Shown here: piece after piece, positions 31,887 to 43,409 of the stretch
How the letters are laid out: each line of letters opens with the position of its first letter
How positions within the stretch are numbered: position 1 is the first letter of the stretch
NCBI GenBank assembly: GCA_025558095.1
Contig: JAIVFI010000002.1
Location: forward strand, 992,001 to 1,056,000
Length of the DNA: 64,000 nt
Direction of reading: 5' to 3'
Source: Hyaloraphidium curvatum SAG 235-1
Lineage: Eukaryota > Fungi > Monoblepharomycota
Program-made: the position numbers and the translations under genes
The notes under the pieces: model-generated
What the model was told of the DNA's origin: nothing
What the model saw: only the letters and a program-made list of their open reading frames with translations
Databases searched by the model: none

Positions 31887-32056
31887 CGCAAGTACAAGAT
31901 CCGATGTGCACTCCTGTTGTCAAGGTTGGGCGCGTCCGATGCAGTCACGAGGGACTGAAACGTTACGACGTACGTGCCATAAGTCTGTCTCAGACGCATG
32001 ACCTCAACTTCGCTCCCGCTTGCAGCACGCCTTGAGCAAGAAAAAGTAACGACTTA

Positions 32057-32956
32057 ATGTTTCTGAACGACGAGAGGAAGGAGGCCGTGCGCCTCCTCGA
32101 GGCGGAGGTGCAGCGGCACAACGAGCTCGTCGAGTGGACCAACCAGCATGTGGTCTGTCTCCACGAGTTGCGCACCAACGATTGCCACAAGGCCATCGAA
32201 GAGGTCGAAAGGTTCTTCAACGAGCTCGCCAACGCACCCGTGGAATTCTCGCGGGCGGTCGCGGACCTCGGCAAGTCGTACGCCCAGTTTGACCGTGCCC
32301 TGGGCGAAATCAGGGCGGCATCGGCGGATGCACCGAACCAAGGTGCCGCGATGGCCGCCGGCGGTGTCCTGGCGGGCGCGGGGGTGGCGGCGCTCGGACC
32401 TTCGGTCGCGATGGCGGTCGCCACGACGTTCGGCGTGGCTTCGACCGGAACGGCCATCGCCAGCCTGTCCGGGGCGGCGGCTACAAACGCTGCGCTCGCA
32501 TGGCTCGGCGGAGGGGCGCTGGCAGCGGGGGGTGGCGGCATGGCGGCGGGCAGTGCCTTCCTGGCGATGGCTGGGCCCATCGGCCTCGGCATCGGTGCTG
32601 CGCTGATGGTCGGGGGCGGCCTCGTCGTGCGGGGAAAGAACGAGGAAGTAATCAGGGAAGCGGAGGAGAAGCGCATCCAGGTAGAGCAGGGCAGGCTTGC
32701 CCTGCAAAGGGCGGCGTCCCAGCTGGATGAGATGGTCAAGCGGACCTACATGCACACCCGAGGGGTCATGGCCAAGCTGGCTGCGCTGCAATCTGTGCCG
32801 GAAGAAAAGGCCGGCGGGTGCTGCGGATGCCTCGGCCGCCGGCGTGCGCGCAACTACCGGTCGTTCTCCAAAGACCAGAAGGACCTTCTGATGAGCCTCA
32901 AGAACGACGTGGAAGCCCTCTCACGCCTCATCCGGGAAAGAATTGATCTCCAGTGA
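32057..32956 (+). CDS. Intronless bacterial-type glycine-zipper membrane protein, partner A
   Basis: 299-aa ORF; helical N-terminus, long G/A-rich core TFGVASTGTAIASLSGAAATNAALAWLGGGALAAGGGGMAAG..GPIG, coiled-coil C-terminus. Confidence 0.8.
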   Translation: MFLNDERKEAVRLLEAEVQRHNELVEWTNQHVVCLHELRTNDCHKAIEEVERFFNELANAPVEFSRAVADLGKSYAQFDRALGEIRAASADAPNQGAAMAAGGVLAGAGVAALGPSVAMAVATTFGVASTGTAIASLSGAAATNAALAWLGGGALAAGGGGMAAGSAFLAMAGPIGLGIGAALMVGGGLVVRGKNEEVIREAEEKRIQVEQGRLALQRAASQLDEMVKRTYMHTRGVMAKLAALQSVPEEKAGGCCGCLGRRRARNYRSFSKDQKDLLMSLKNDVEALSRLIRERIDLQ

Positions 32957-34487
32957 GGATATTAATGCAATCACCCGCTGCTGGGCTTCGATTGTCGCAA
33001 TTCTCGAATGTACTGTGGGTTTTAGTTGAATGATTACGCTCGCCTGAGCCGAAGTTGTCCCTACCAGGCTCGAACGAGCAGTCGGTGGGCCAATAGTTCC
33101 AGAAAGCCGTGCCCGTGCGTCCTGGAAGCTGGCGAGACTGTGAGCACGCAAAAAGCTTGGTCCAGCACGTCCCCGAAGGCAGCTCCTTCGGCATCGCCAA
33201 GAGTGCTCCGCAGATCCGGCATCATCCGTCGCCGCACAAATACAGCAACAAACAGTTATGCCTGACCGTGCGATTAGCGCGGCGGCGGAGCACGGAGCGT
33301 CGAGTCCACCGCAGACGACATCCGCAAAAGAACGCTCCGGCGGCATCTGGTCCCTGCCGCAGCGCGCCCCAGGCAGTACCCGGAACCCCAGCGGCCGACA
33401 GGGCGTGGCGCATGGAACAAAGAGGCATCGATGGGCCGCTTCTCGGGCACATCACGCGATGTCCGGCCCACCAGATACCAAGAAGCCGCGCGGTCAGGAA
33501 TGCGTGTTCGGCCCCCCGAAAACGTCGCACACCGGCCATTGGAGGGGCCAGACGGCGAAACTCAATGCGTGATAAGCGAATGAGGCCGACGAAGCCGCAG
33601 GATAAGGCCATTGGTTCATGAGAGATCCCTGAGCAGATTCGAAAAAGCGTAGATCTGTTCCGAGGTCTCCGCGAACAAGTTGGTCCCCGAGGAGGCCACC
33701 GTTCCGGCTGGCGGTCGAGAAGCAACAAAAATGCACCCTCGCGGTGCGCAGTAGGCTCCAATTCTGCCGCCGGGGCGTTGCCGTGGTGCATGCTGTAGAG
33801 CGCTCCTGTCGGCGCCCCGGAACCAGCCGCTCCACGTCCGCCGTGCCGCGACCGCGCGGCACTACGGCTTTATGGACGCAGTGAAGCAGTTCCGGTCCGC
33901 GAACACGCCGTCAACGCCTTCGGGAGTCGTCTGGGCACGCGAGCCATGCGCACGCCCGTCGACGCGTCCACGCGCGCAGCGAGGCAGCGCAGCTCCAACA
34001 AATGGCAGCCGTGCAAACATGACTCTAGACGCGCGGATTTGAACTGGGGGCGGCGGTTCGCCCTCGCAAACAAGGACGACGTGGTTCTGACGATTCGCAG
34101 CTGGCGCAGATGCAAGCATCCGCACACTGCCCCGAAGCCATTCCTCCCCTTCGTCCACCATCAGAGTCCAATGCAAGAAAGCAAAGGTTGATTCTGCGCA
34201 GGTAAAGCGTACGAAACCTGGGTGGCAACGGCGTAGCTCTCGACATCGACGGATCGCTGCCGGACCCATAAACCGATCAATGACGCCGAGGCCTTCTTGA
34301 GCCTTATCATGCACGAAACAGAAGCACGAGAAGCGACATGCAGTCTCTCCCATTGACCATGCGTGCACATCCGCAGGTCCAAGCTGCTCGGTGACGTTCG
34401 GCGCTGCCACATAGACTTGCCCCGCACAACAGGCAAGCGCACCGATCCTCCACCGCCTGCCTCGCCCATGGACCGCATTCCCGCAAA

Positions 34488-34784
34488 TCATGCCCTCTCC
34501 CCATGCGCTGCCCGCCATGGTCAGCCCCTCCCCTTCACCCGGCGCACGCACGACAGACCCACCCAGGTTCCCCTGCGACTCGGCCAGCGCCGCCTCGGCC
34601 TTGAGCGCCTCCTGCGCCGCCCTCCTCTGCTCGTCGCGGGGCATGTCCGGCTGCCCGGCCTTGGCAGCCTCGGACTGCTTGGTCGAGCCGTCGTCGATGG
34701 TGGAACCGCTGCGTCGGTGGGGGGTCAGCGCGGGGCGGGGAGGGGAGGGAGGGGGAGGACGAACCAGGAGTAGCACTGGCCCAT
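34488..34784 (-). CDS. 61-aa three-exon microprotein with MGQCYSC N-terminus (predicted myristoyl/palmitoyl anchor)
   Basis: Exons 34784-34765, 34708-34563 and 34507-34488; introns of 56 and 55 nt, each with a GCTGAC branch point; host-like codon usage. Confidence 0.65.
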
Positions 34785-35216
34785 GGTGGGAGGGGTTTGC
34801 GGTGCGGTGCGAGGAGGGCAAGGGTGCTGAGCGGGGTCGTGTGCGTTGGCCGTCAGGGGTTCACTCGTGGGGCTGTGCTGTATGCGCGTCGTTGGACCCC
34901 TTTTGGCGTTGGATGCACCCGCCGGTCCTCGTGGGAGCCTGCGAGGCGGCGAGATGGGGATACATATGCGGATTCGTACTTTTCCGGGGGTTTGCGCGCG
35001 GGTGCAGACGGCGGGGAGCACGGAGGACGGGCCGGCCACCGCCGTCTGCTGGTTGGACGGGGGAGGACGTGACCAACACCGCGATCGGCCGATTAATGTA
35101 ACGTAACGCCAATGTAAATAGGACCTCCAATACGCTGCGATTGCGGCCACGAGCCGTCCCCGCGCCACCGGATCGCCGCCATGTGGGCCCGGGCTCCCAC
35201 CGCCTCGCCGCCCCGC

Positions 35217-35895
35217 TCAATCAACGAGCTTGATCCAGGGCAAGAATTTGGTCCCCGCACCCGACGCCAGCCGCACCGCGCCGTACCCGACCAGCCCGAC
35301 GGGACCCAGCATCAGAGTGAAGAAGAGGCAGAAGCCGGTCGCGATCTGGGGCCGCGGGTGAGCTCCGGAAGACGGCCGGCCCGCCGCGCGAACCTTGTTG
35401 ATCCCGTTGGCCAGCGCATCGTTCGCGATCGCATACCCCGTCAGCAGGTCGAAAGCTACGTAGTGCAGCCACGCGGCGGTCATTCCCCCCGGCGAAACGT
35501 TCTTGAACAGCGTTGTGACCCCCTGCGGACACCGTCAGCCCCCCGTCTCCCCAGATAGCGCGCCCGACGCCGACCTCCAGCGACCCAAAGTTCCCCTTCT
35601 CCCCGCCCTCCTGCTTCGCGAACATGCTCGGCACCGCCAGCACGTAGATGGCCGCGTTCAGGCCGACGCCGAGAGCGACGGCGCGCTCGGTCCACTTCCA
35701 TCCGGGGCGGGCGGCCAGCAGCAGCCACGCGGGCAAAGCGGCGTTGCTGCCGAGCTTGAAGAGGGTGGGGGCGTAGCTGTTGAGGAGGCTGGAGGGCGGC
35801 AGAAGGGCCGCGATGGAGGGCGGGAGGGCGGTCAGGCGGGGGGCCGCGGCGGGGCAAAATGGAGGCACCCACTTGGCGTACTGTTCGAGCGACAT
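35217..35895 (-). CDS. ABA4-like / DUF4281 membrane protein
   Basis: LPAWLLL..P, FGSLE|GV..LF, AAWLHYVAFDL, CLFFTLMLGPVG; about three short introns. Confidence 0.85.
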
Positions 35896-36322
35896 GGCTG
35901 AGGCACCGGACTTTCGAACTGGCCGGGATGGCGGGAAGGCGGGCGGACGGAACTTCGTGCGTACCAGAGACAGGGTCCACCGATCGAGCGGCCGATGCAA
36001 CCATCACGCCGGACCGCTCGACCTGACACAGGGCAGGCAGTAGGCCAGAAAGAGCGCACATTCTACTCGACGGAGACAAACACTCGCTATGACAGTTCCC
36101 AACGAGGGCTCGCGGGCCGCACAAGGGCCTTTGGCGCACAGGAAGCGCACGGCCACCGCGCCGAGCCCCGCCGGTGCGGCGGGCCGGCCCGCGCACACCG
36201 GCCGGGGCCCGGGCGAAGGAAGCCGGCGGGTCCCGGGCGCAACAATGTCCACGCACCAAGTCCGACCGGAAAAGTCCGAAGATCGCGCACGGAAGCCGCG
36301 CGATCACGCACGGGTCCGGCGA

Positions 36323-37243
36323 TCAGTTCCTCTGCAGGAAGTTGTGGATGCCCACCCCCCTGTGGCCCTTGACCCACCGATGGCCCCTGTCGTCGACCCA
36401 CTCTGTCGGCGGTGCGATGATCTTCTTGACGGCGCGCCCGAAAGCGGTGCGGTTGATCCACTTTTGCGCCTCGCGCTCCTCCTCCCTGCGCGCCTCCTCC
36501 GCGGCCTGCGCGGCGGCGGCGGCGGGGTCGAACCCGGGCGCGAGCGAGAAGGACCACGCGCCGGAATGCTCGGAGCGATCGTCCGCTTCGTGCCCGTCGC
36601 CGCAGCCCTGGCGGCGGGCGGCGTTGCGCAGCGAGAACTTGCCGGGGTTGACGGCGATGCCCTGCTCGGCGAGGTAGAGCACCACGCCGTAGCGCGAGCG
36701 CACCGCGCGCGGCAGCGGGATGGGCGGCGAGTCTGCGCAGGCGTCGCGGCGGCAGGCGGGGCACGTGCCGAGCACGATGGCGACGTGCGCCTGCTCGGTC
36801 GCCGAGTGGCGGATCTCGCCCAGCTCGTCGGCCTCTGCGGCGTCGTCGAGCACGGCAGTGACGGCGGCGCGCACCAGCCACGGGTCGATGCAGTCGTCCG
36901 AGGCGTGGAAGAAGTGGCCGCACGGGCGCAGCACGCGCACGGCGTCGTCCGCCTCGAACGGCGCGAGGCAGATTGCGCACGGCGGGGCGGGCGCGGCGGC
37001 GGGCGCCTCGGAGCGGCGGCGGCGGGCGGCGGCCAGCGCGGCGTGCGCCGGCACCGCCGGGAAGAGGACGTCCAGCGCGGGCTGCGCGATGCCCTGCGAG
37101 CGCGGCGGGCGGCGCTGCAGCTGCTCGGGCGGCGCGTCGTGCGCCTCCTTCTCGATGGCGTAGTGGCCCATGAGCACGCTGAAGTAGCCGGAAGGGTCGG
37201 CCGGGTGCGGGCGCGGCGCGGCGTCGGGGGCCACCGTCGTCAT
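36323..37243 (-). CDS. RING-H2 finger protein
   Basis: CAICL..F...VRVLRPCGHFFH...CIDPWL...CPACR; start codon uncertain (ATG 37243 chosen). Confidence 0.75.
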   Translation of the reverse strand: MTTVAPDAAPRPHPADPSGYFSVLMGHYAIEKEAHDAPPEQLQRRPPRSQGIAQPALDVLFPAVPAHAALAAARRRRSEAPAAAPAPPCAICLAPFEADDAVRVLRPCGHFFHASDDCIDPWLVRAAVTAVLDDAAEADELGEIRHSATEQAHVAIVLGTCPACRRDACADSPPIPLPRAVRSRYGVVLYLAEQGIAVNPGKFSLRNAARRQGCGDGHEADDRSEHSGAWSFSLAPGFDPAAAAAQAAEEARREEEREAQKWINRTAFGRAVKKIIAPPTEWVDDRGHRWVKGHRGVGIHNFLQRN

Positions 37244-38095
37244 GGCTCTCGCGGGCGGGGGCGGATGCGGCGGGGTGGGCGCGGGCGCGGTCCGCCGATG
37301 CCGGCGGTTAACGGGGCGCTTAAAGAAGTCGCCTCGGTGGCGGAGCGCGGCCGAGGAGGCCGGGTTGCGGGCGGCGGGGCCCTGTGTGACTGGGCGCCAT
37401 GACATCGCCGGCGTCAGCGACCGAAAGGACGCCGCCGGCACCGCCGGGCGCGGCAGGGCTCACCGAAACGCGCGGCGCGGCAGAGTCGGGCGGCCGCGGC
37501 GCTGCTCTCCGCGGTTTGGAACGATTGGGCGAGCGGCCGATTGGGGCGGTGATTGAGTTCAGCCGCGTGACCCCCTCGAAGCCAAATTCCTTGCAAAACC
37601 GCCCCTTTTCCCTGACTTATCGCAACATTTCGCCGCCGGTCCCGGCCCGATGGCGCCACCAGCCGTCATCAATCTCCCACGCAGTTGTTCCGCGTGGTTT
37701 CTGCCCTCCTGCGACCTGGACAACGAGATCACGTGAGGCGCCTGGAAACACAGCTTTTCAAACTTTCTCCAAAACCCCCCGGGGTGTCGCCTCCATCGCG
37801 GATCCCGGGCCATCCGCATCTTTGCTAGCTTCATTATCGACTCCCTGGACGCGGACCGCCGGCGCGCCGCCCACCCCGAGAAATCGCCACCCCGCCCCAT
37901 CCCCCATCACGTGCAATTGCCCTTCACCGTCAAGGCCGAAACCGCGCAGGGCGGCCCTTTCTTTCGAGAGGCCGTACACTCCAGGTCGCAGGGTCCGCCA
38001 TCCTCATTATGGAAGAGACATCCACCGTGTTTGCGAGCTCCGGCGGCCGCCGCATCACCACCCGCATCCATCACCTCCACCAGCCAGGCATCCAG

Positions 38096-41000
38096 CTAAC
38101 CCCACGACCCCCCGCACTCGCACCCGCACCCCGTCGGACACCCCTGTTCCCCCTCGAACCACCCCTTCGCGCACGCCTCGTGCCCGCCGTGCCCGCACCG
38201 GGCGCAGTACGCCCCCATCCCGCCGACCCTCGTCCCGCACAGCGCGCACAGGGCGCGCTGCCCGCCCGCGCGGCACTCTGCGCACCCCTGCGATCCGCAC
38301 CGCGGGCAGACGGGCTCCAAGGCCACCGTCGAGGGATCGGAGGGGGTGGAGGGGGCGGGGAAGGGGTCCGCGTGCTTGAGCACCCACGCGCGCTCGGGGA
38401 GCATGCGCCATGCGAGCAAAACGTCCGCGTAGGCGGACATGGCGTGCGCGTAGCGCGGGGGAAAAGGCACGGGGAGGAGGGGGAGATCGGGCGGGGCGGG
38501 GCCGTCCGCGCGGGTTGCCTGCACGGGGTGGGAGGGGCGGGCGACGGGCAGGGCGGGGTCCGATGCGCCGTGCGCGGCAGGGCCGGCGAGGAGGGCGCGC
38601 AGGGAGGGCGGCATTCCGCCCTGCATCGGCATGTGCCTGCACGGAATGCACGGTCAGCACCACCCGCGATCGGCGCATCCGACGCGCAAACGCACCCCGT
38701 CTCCTCGTCCGCAAACTCCCCAAACGCCGCCGCCCTCCGCATCCCCCACCCCGCCTTCTCCCCCTGCTGCACGACCGCCCTGCCCCCGCCGTCGCCCTTG
38801 CGCCCCGTCGGGCTGCCCCTCCCCTCCCTCCCGAGCTTGCCCAACGCCGTCGCCGAAAGCGAGCTCCCCAGTCCCCTGCGCGGCGCCGGGTCCGGGAACC
38901 CCGCCCGCGCGCGGGGGAGCGACTCGGCGGTGCCCGAAAAGGGCGAGCCGACCACCGCGCCGGCGAGGATGGGGCCGGCGGTGGACATGGCCCTGTGCGG
39001 GGCGGGGCGGCGGGGGAGCGCGATGCCGACGGGGGAGGGGTGCTCGTCGCCGTCCGCGGCGGAGGGCGGGGCCGAGGGCACGCGGTGCCGCGGGAGCTGG
39101 GGGGAGTCGTCGCCCGCGGGGCTGGTGCGGCCCGAGGGGGCGCGGTCGGGGAAGAGGAAGGAGGGGGCGTGGCCCGGGGAGGTGCCGGGCTTGGCGTCCA
39201 GGGGCAACTCGAACACGCTGCTGCGCGCCGAGGAGGTGGTGCTGCCCCTTGCGGGGGAGGTGGCGCCGTGCCGCGCGATCGGGGGAAACGGGAAGCCTTC
39301 CGAGTCAAAGGAGGGGGAGAGCTCGATTGCTGGCGCGGCGGGGAGTCGGGGGTTCTCGGCGAGCCGGCCCAGGGCCGCGGCGAGGCGGCGCTGCCGCTCC
39401 TCGTACTCCTTGGCCGCGGCATCGGCGCGGCGCCAGTCCGCCGCGGGGTCGTCGGCCTCGAACTTTTCCGAGAGCACGCAGACGAGCATCGAGAGGGTCT
39501 GCACGTCGCGGCGCAGGTACAGGGCTTCGAGCACGTTTGCGACCAGCTCGCGGGCCAAGGGGTGCGAGCGCCAGGCCACGCGGGTCCAGTAGGCGTGGTT
39601 CTGCAGCGGCGCGGGGAACTCGTCGCCGTAGCTCGAGTCGCCCAGCAGGTCAATGGCCTCGTCCACGAAGGCCTCGGAGACGAGCAGGCCCCGGTCGTCG
39701 ACCGAGATGCCCTCGCCGACGGGGGAGCGCACGATGCCGCCCGGGTAGCAGCGCGCAAGCAGAGCCCCAGCCAGGGCCCAGATGCCCGCGGCGTCGCGGC
39801 GGCCGTGCGCGAGGGCGACGGCCTGGTTGTGCAGGCAGATGGAAAGCGGCGAGCCGTTGAAGAGCCTGCAGAGAAACGCATCAGCGCGACTACCGTGCCA
39901 CGAAATCGTTGGAACCCACTTGGACTCCCTCGCAATGCCCTCCTGAACGATCGCCAGCTCCGGCGGCAGCCTCCTGAGCGACACGACGGGCTTGAAAGGC
40001 TCGGCGGCCGATTCGACCGCGAACCGACTGCTCGTGGACCGCGTCAGTGGCCCCGGCATGAGCCGCGGCGACGACGCCGTCGTGTGCGACCCGACCGACG
40101 CATCCTCGGCCGGCACCGCCGCCCCCTGTACCGCCTCGTCTCTCGCAGCAGTGGCAACCTCGGTAACCATCGCCCCGGAAGGCGACCGCAGCAGGAACTG
40201 CACGTCCGGGATCGACACCCTCCTGCCGCCCCTCCTTTGCGGGAGGGAGGAGGCCATGGATTCCTTTAGGTTGCTGCCAAACTGCCTCTGCAGCCGCGCC
40301 AGCAGGTTAGGCACCAGCGGCGGGAACCCCTGCGCCAGCCCCGGCACGACCAGGCCCGGCGGGCGCTGCTGCCTCTTCCTCCTGCGCGTGCGGCGCCGCG
40401 TGCGCGGGCTGAGTTCGTCGTCCGAGGAGGCGTTGGACGCCGTCTGGCTGTCGTCGCGGCTGCCCGCCAGCTGCGCCAACGCGAGGTCGCGGAGGAGGTC
40501 CGAGCGGAGCGCGGTGTAGCCGGTAAAGTCGCGCGGGCGGGGCTGGCTTGCAGCGGCTTCGAGCGTGGAAAGGGGGCTGCTGCTGCCGGGAGGTACAAAG
40601 AGCGGGGAGCGGAAGCAAACGAGGACGTCGCCGGCGGCACCGGCCGAAAAGGCGGCGCCGCACAGGCGGGGGAAAGGAACGTAGCGGTCCTCCTGCTTGG
40701 GGAGCTCGACCGCCGCACCGTCGTCCTCGGCATCCTCGCCGGCCGTTGCGCGCCTTTCCTCGTCGTCGTCGGCCGTCAGGTCCAACTCCTTGCCCACGCG
40801 CTGGCCGTCTTCGCCGCCCAGATACCGCACCAGCCCCTCCAGACAACCACGCTGGATGCGCCCGTAGTACTTTGCCAGGCCGCGGCACGTAGCCTCGAGC
40901 ACGCGCTTTGAAGACGGCGGGATGTCGCCCCAACCCGCAGTCTTGGAGAGGTCGATGCGGATGCTGGCGCCGGGACTGCGCGAACCCGGCAACACGACCT

Positions 41001-42804
41001 CGGCCAGAAACATGCCCTCGGGCACCCGCGTCGTGGGCACAAAGATAGTCAGCCGCCGATCCACGCCGCCGTCGTCGTCCAAGCCCAGCCCGGGAGCGGC
41101 CTCCATGATCCTGACGCCGGGGAACGACTTGCGGATGTGCTCGATCTCGGCCGACGCCGAGGTGGCGCGCGCACGGGGCAGGCTCTCGAAGATGGAGGTG
41201 CGTCGCTTCTTGGCCGGCGGCTTCGCGTCGCCGGGCCGCCGTTCGTCCTCCGAATCGGACGAATCGGATCCGCCAAAGTATTCGCGCAGCCACGCCACCT
41301 CGTCCTCGTCGTCTGCGTCCACCGGTTCGCGACCGTCCGCGGATCCCAACGGCGACAGCGGCGCCAGCCGACCTGGTTGGTGCTCGACCGCCTCGGCGCG
41401 GAAGTGCTCCACGATGACGGCGGTTTGGGGCGCCTCGCCCTCCTCCTTCACTGCCTCTTCTTCCGCCTCCCTCTGCCGCCCCAAAAGGGCGTCGATCGCC
41501 GACCGCGACACTTCCCACACCCTGAGCGTCTCGTCCATGCCCCAGCTGACGACCTCGAACGAGTCGCCGCTCTTGTGCCGGAAGACGAAATCGACCACGG
41601 GCTCCTCGTGCCCCGTGAACGCGTGCACGGGGGTGCTCATGGCACCCGGCTTGTCCTGCTGCCCATCAACCTCGGGCGGCGCGCGCGGGTACAGGTACAG
41701 GTTGGTCCGATCGTTGCCAAAGGGCAGTATCACGAAGCCGTCCCCGACGGGAGTCCATCGGCACTTCCACGCCGCGTACTCGAGCGAACGCGACTCCGTC
41801 AGGCGGAGCGATGTGCCCGAACCAAAGTCCCATATCTTGATAGCGCGGTCCTGCCCGCACGAGACAAGCGAATGCCGGTCCGTGCGCCGGCTAAAGTCGA
41901 TCCCGCGGATCTCGAGCTGGTGCGCGGAACGGACCGAGTGCGCGGCCTCGGAGGTGTTGGGCTTGCGCAAGTCCCAGACGTGGATGTCGGTGTGGTGGCT
42001 GGAAGCCAGGAGGTTCGGGTCCTGCGTGGAAAAGTAGAGCAGCGGCGCGCCGACACCAAAAGGGCAGAAGCTCGCGACCGGGCTTCCGACCCTGTCCGAT
42101 GTGGAAAGTGACTCGTCACGGAGCTGCGGAGACGACGGGGTATTGATCGACGAGGAAGAGGGCACGCGCATATCCCAGACGTGGATCCACGAGTCGAATC
42201 CGGCGGTGGACATCAGGTCCGGGTGGTGCGGGGACCAGTCCAGGTCCGTGATCGTCCTCGTGTGGCCCATAAAATAGCGGTAGATGTTGCGCGCCGCCGA
42301 AGGCACGTAACCCCGCTTCCCATCGCCGACCTGCGGCCCGGGGTTGCCAGTAAGAGTCCATATCACCAGGTTCCGGTCGGTCGTGGCGGCGATCCAGTCC
42401 TTCCGCGACAAATGCGGGTTCCACTGGATGTCCATAGGTGCCCAGTCACCCGGAGACCGCACGAACACGGGCGCAGTCCGCGGGTTCTCTAGGCTGAACA
42501 GGAAGAGCCCCTCCCGGGAGGCGACAGCCGCATGGTCGCGGTCGGGCGACAGCGACAGCGCGGAAATCCCCGGGGCATCAAATTCAACGACCACCGAGCG
42601 GCCCGGAGTGGCGCGTTTCTGGCCGGTGGAGGAAGGCGTGTCGGGAGACGCGAGGGCGGAGAACCAGGGGGACGCGGTGCGCAGACGCGCCCCGGGCGTG
42701 CCGGAGGCCGATCCAAACGACGCCCGGTGGGCATGGTGGGGCGTTGCAGCCGGAACCACGCCCGGAGCGCTGCCCGATCGCGGCCGCGGCGGCGTTGTCG
42801 CCAT
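38096..42804 (-). CDS. WDR59: GATOR2/SEA complex subunit Sea3/Mtc5/WDR59 (WD40 - RWD-like - C-terminal Zn/RING)
   Basis: WD40 repeats (GHTRTITDLDW, GHEEPVVDFVFR), VPFPRLCGAAF, DVQTLSMLVCV, C-terminal CALC..CARCGHGGH..C..WF....CPTGCGCEC; introns near 39870-39918 and 38637-38696. Confidence 0.9.
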
Positions 42805-42888
42805 CGCCGCCCGCCGCGGAGATTGACTCTGGGCCACCCAATCCCTTCGTCCGTCAGAACGTCATTCCGTCGAGGGAGATAGCAGACG

Positions 42889-43228
42889 ATGGGCTGCGCT
42901 TGCGGCAACTACGAAGCTCAGGTCTGTTCCTTTTCGTCTTGGCTCGGTGGCTCCGTTCTCGACGGTCGCCCCGCCTGCCGCCATCGCCTTGCGCTCACAC
43001 CGCGGAACCCAGTCAATTGCCTTCCAGAAGCAGCTCGAGGCGGAAGCCCGCACAAAGCGCTATTATGAGCTGAAGGCGCAATTGGAACGGGAACAGGCCG
43101 AGAAGGAGGGAAGGGTTTCGCTTGCTTCGGAATCTTCCGATGCCACGCTGAACGGCGATTCCGCTCCGCGGAAGAAGAGCGGCCTGCTGGACCGTCTTTT
43201 CAGGAAGAGCGGGGCCGGCCGCGATTGA
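42889..43228 (+). CDS. 82-aa two-exon microprotein with MGCACG N-terminus and coiled coil
   Basis: Exon 42889-42921, intron 42922-43012 (GTCTGT..CTCAC..CCAG), exon 43013-43228 in frame. Confidence 0.65.
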
Positions 43229-43409
43229 AAGAACTGGCAATATTGCTCGGACATGGTCGATGAAGGATTGGAACTGGCTGGACCGAGGGAAAGAGGAAGT
43301 GGACCGTTGCATATCTGTGTCGTTCACAGGCATCGCTTGAATGTCAATGTTACAGCGTGCCGGGTATCATTCCCGGGTATCGTCATCGTCCCTCGATCGG
43401 GTCCGCCCC

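Noticed and set aside
32960-34480. Several 60-190 aa ORFs in the gene-free stretch
   Set aside because: No codon bias, motifs or coherent splice pattern; no tRNA or rRNA structure recognised.
34160-34490. Sec readthrough of the microprotein's TGA into the downstream open frame
   Set aside because: No redox motif context, and the ATGA..AA..GA candidates I checked downstream do not form a SECIS stem.
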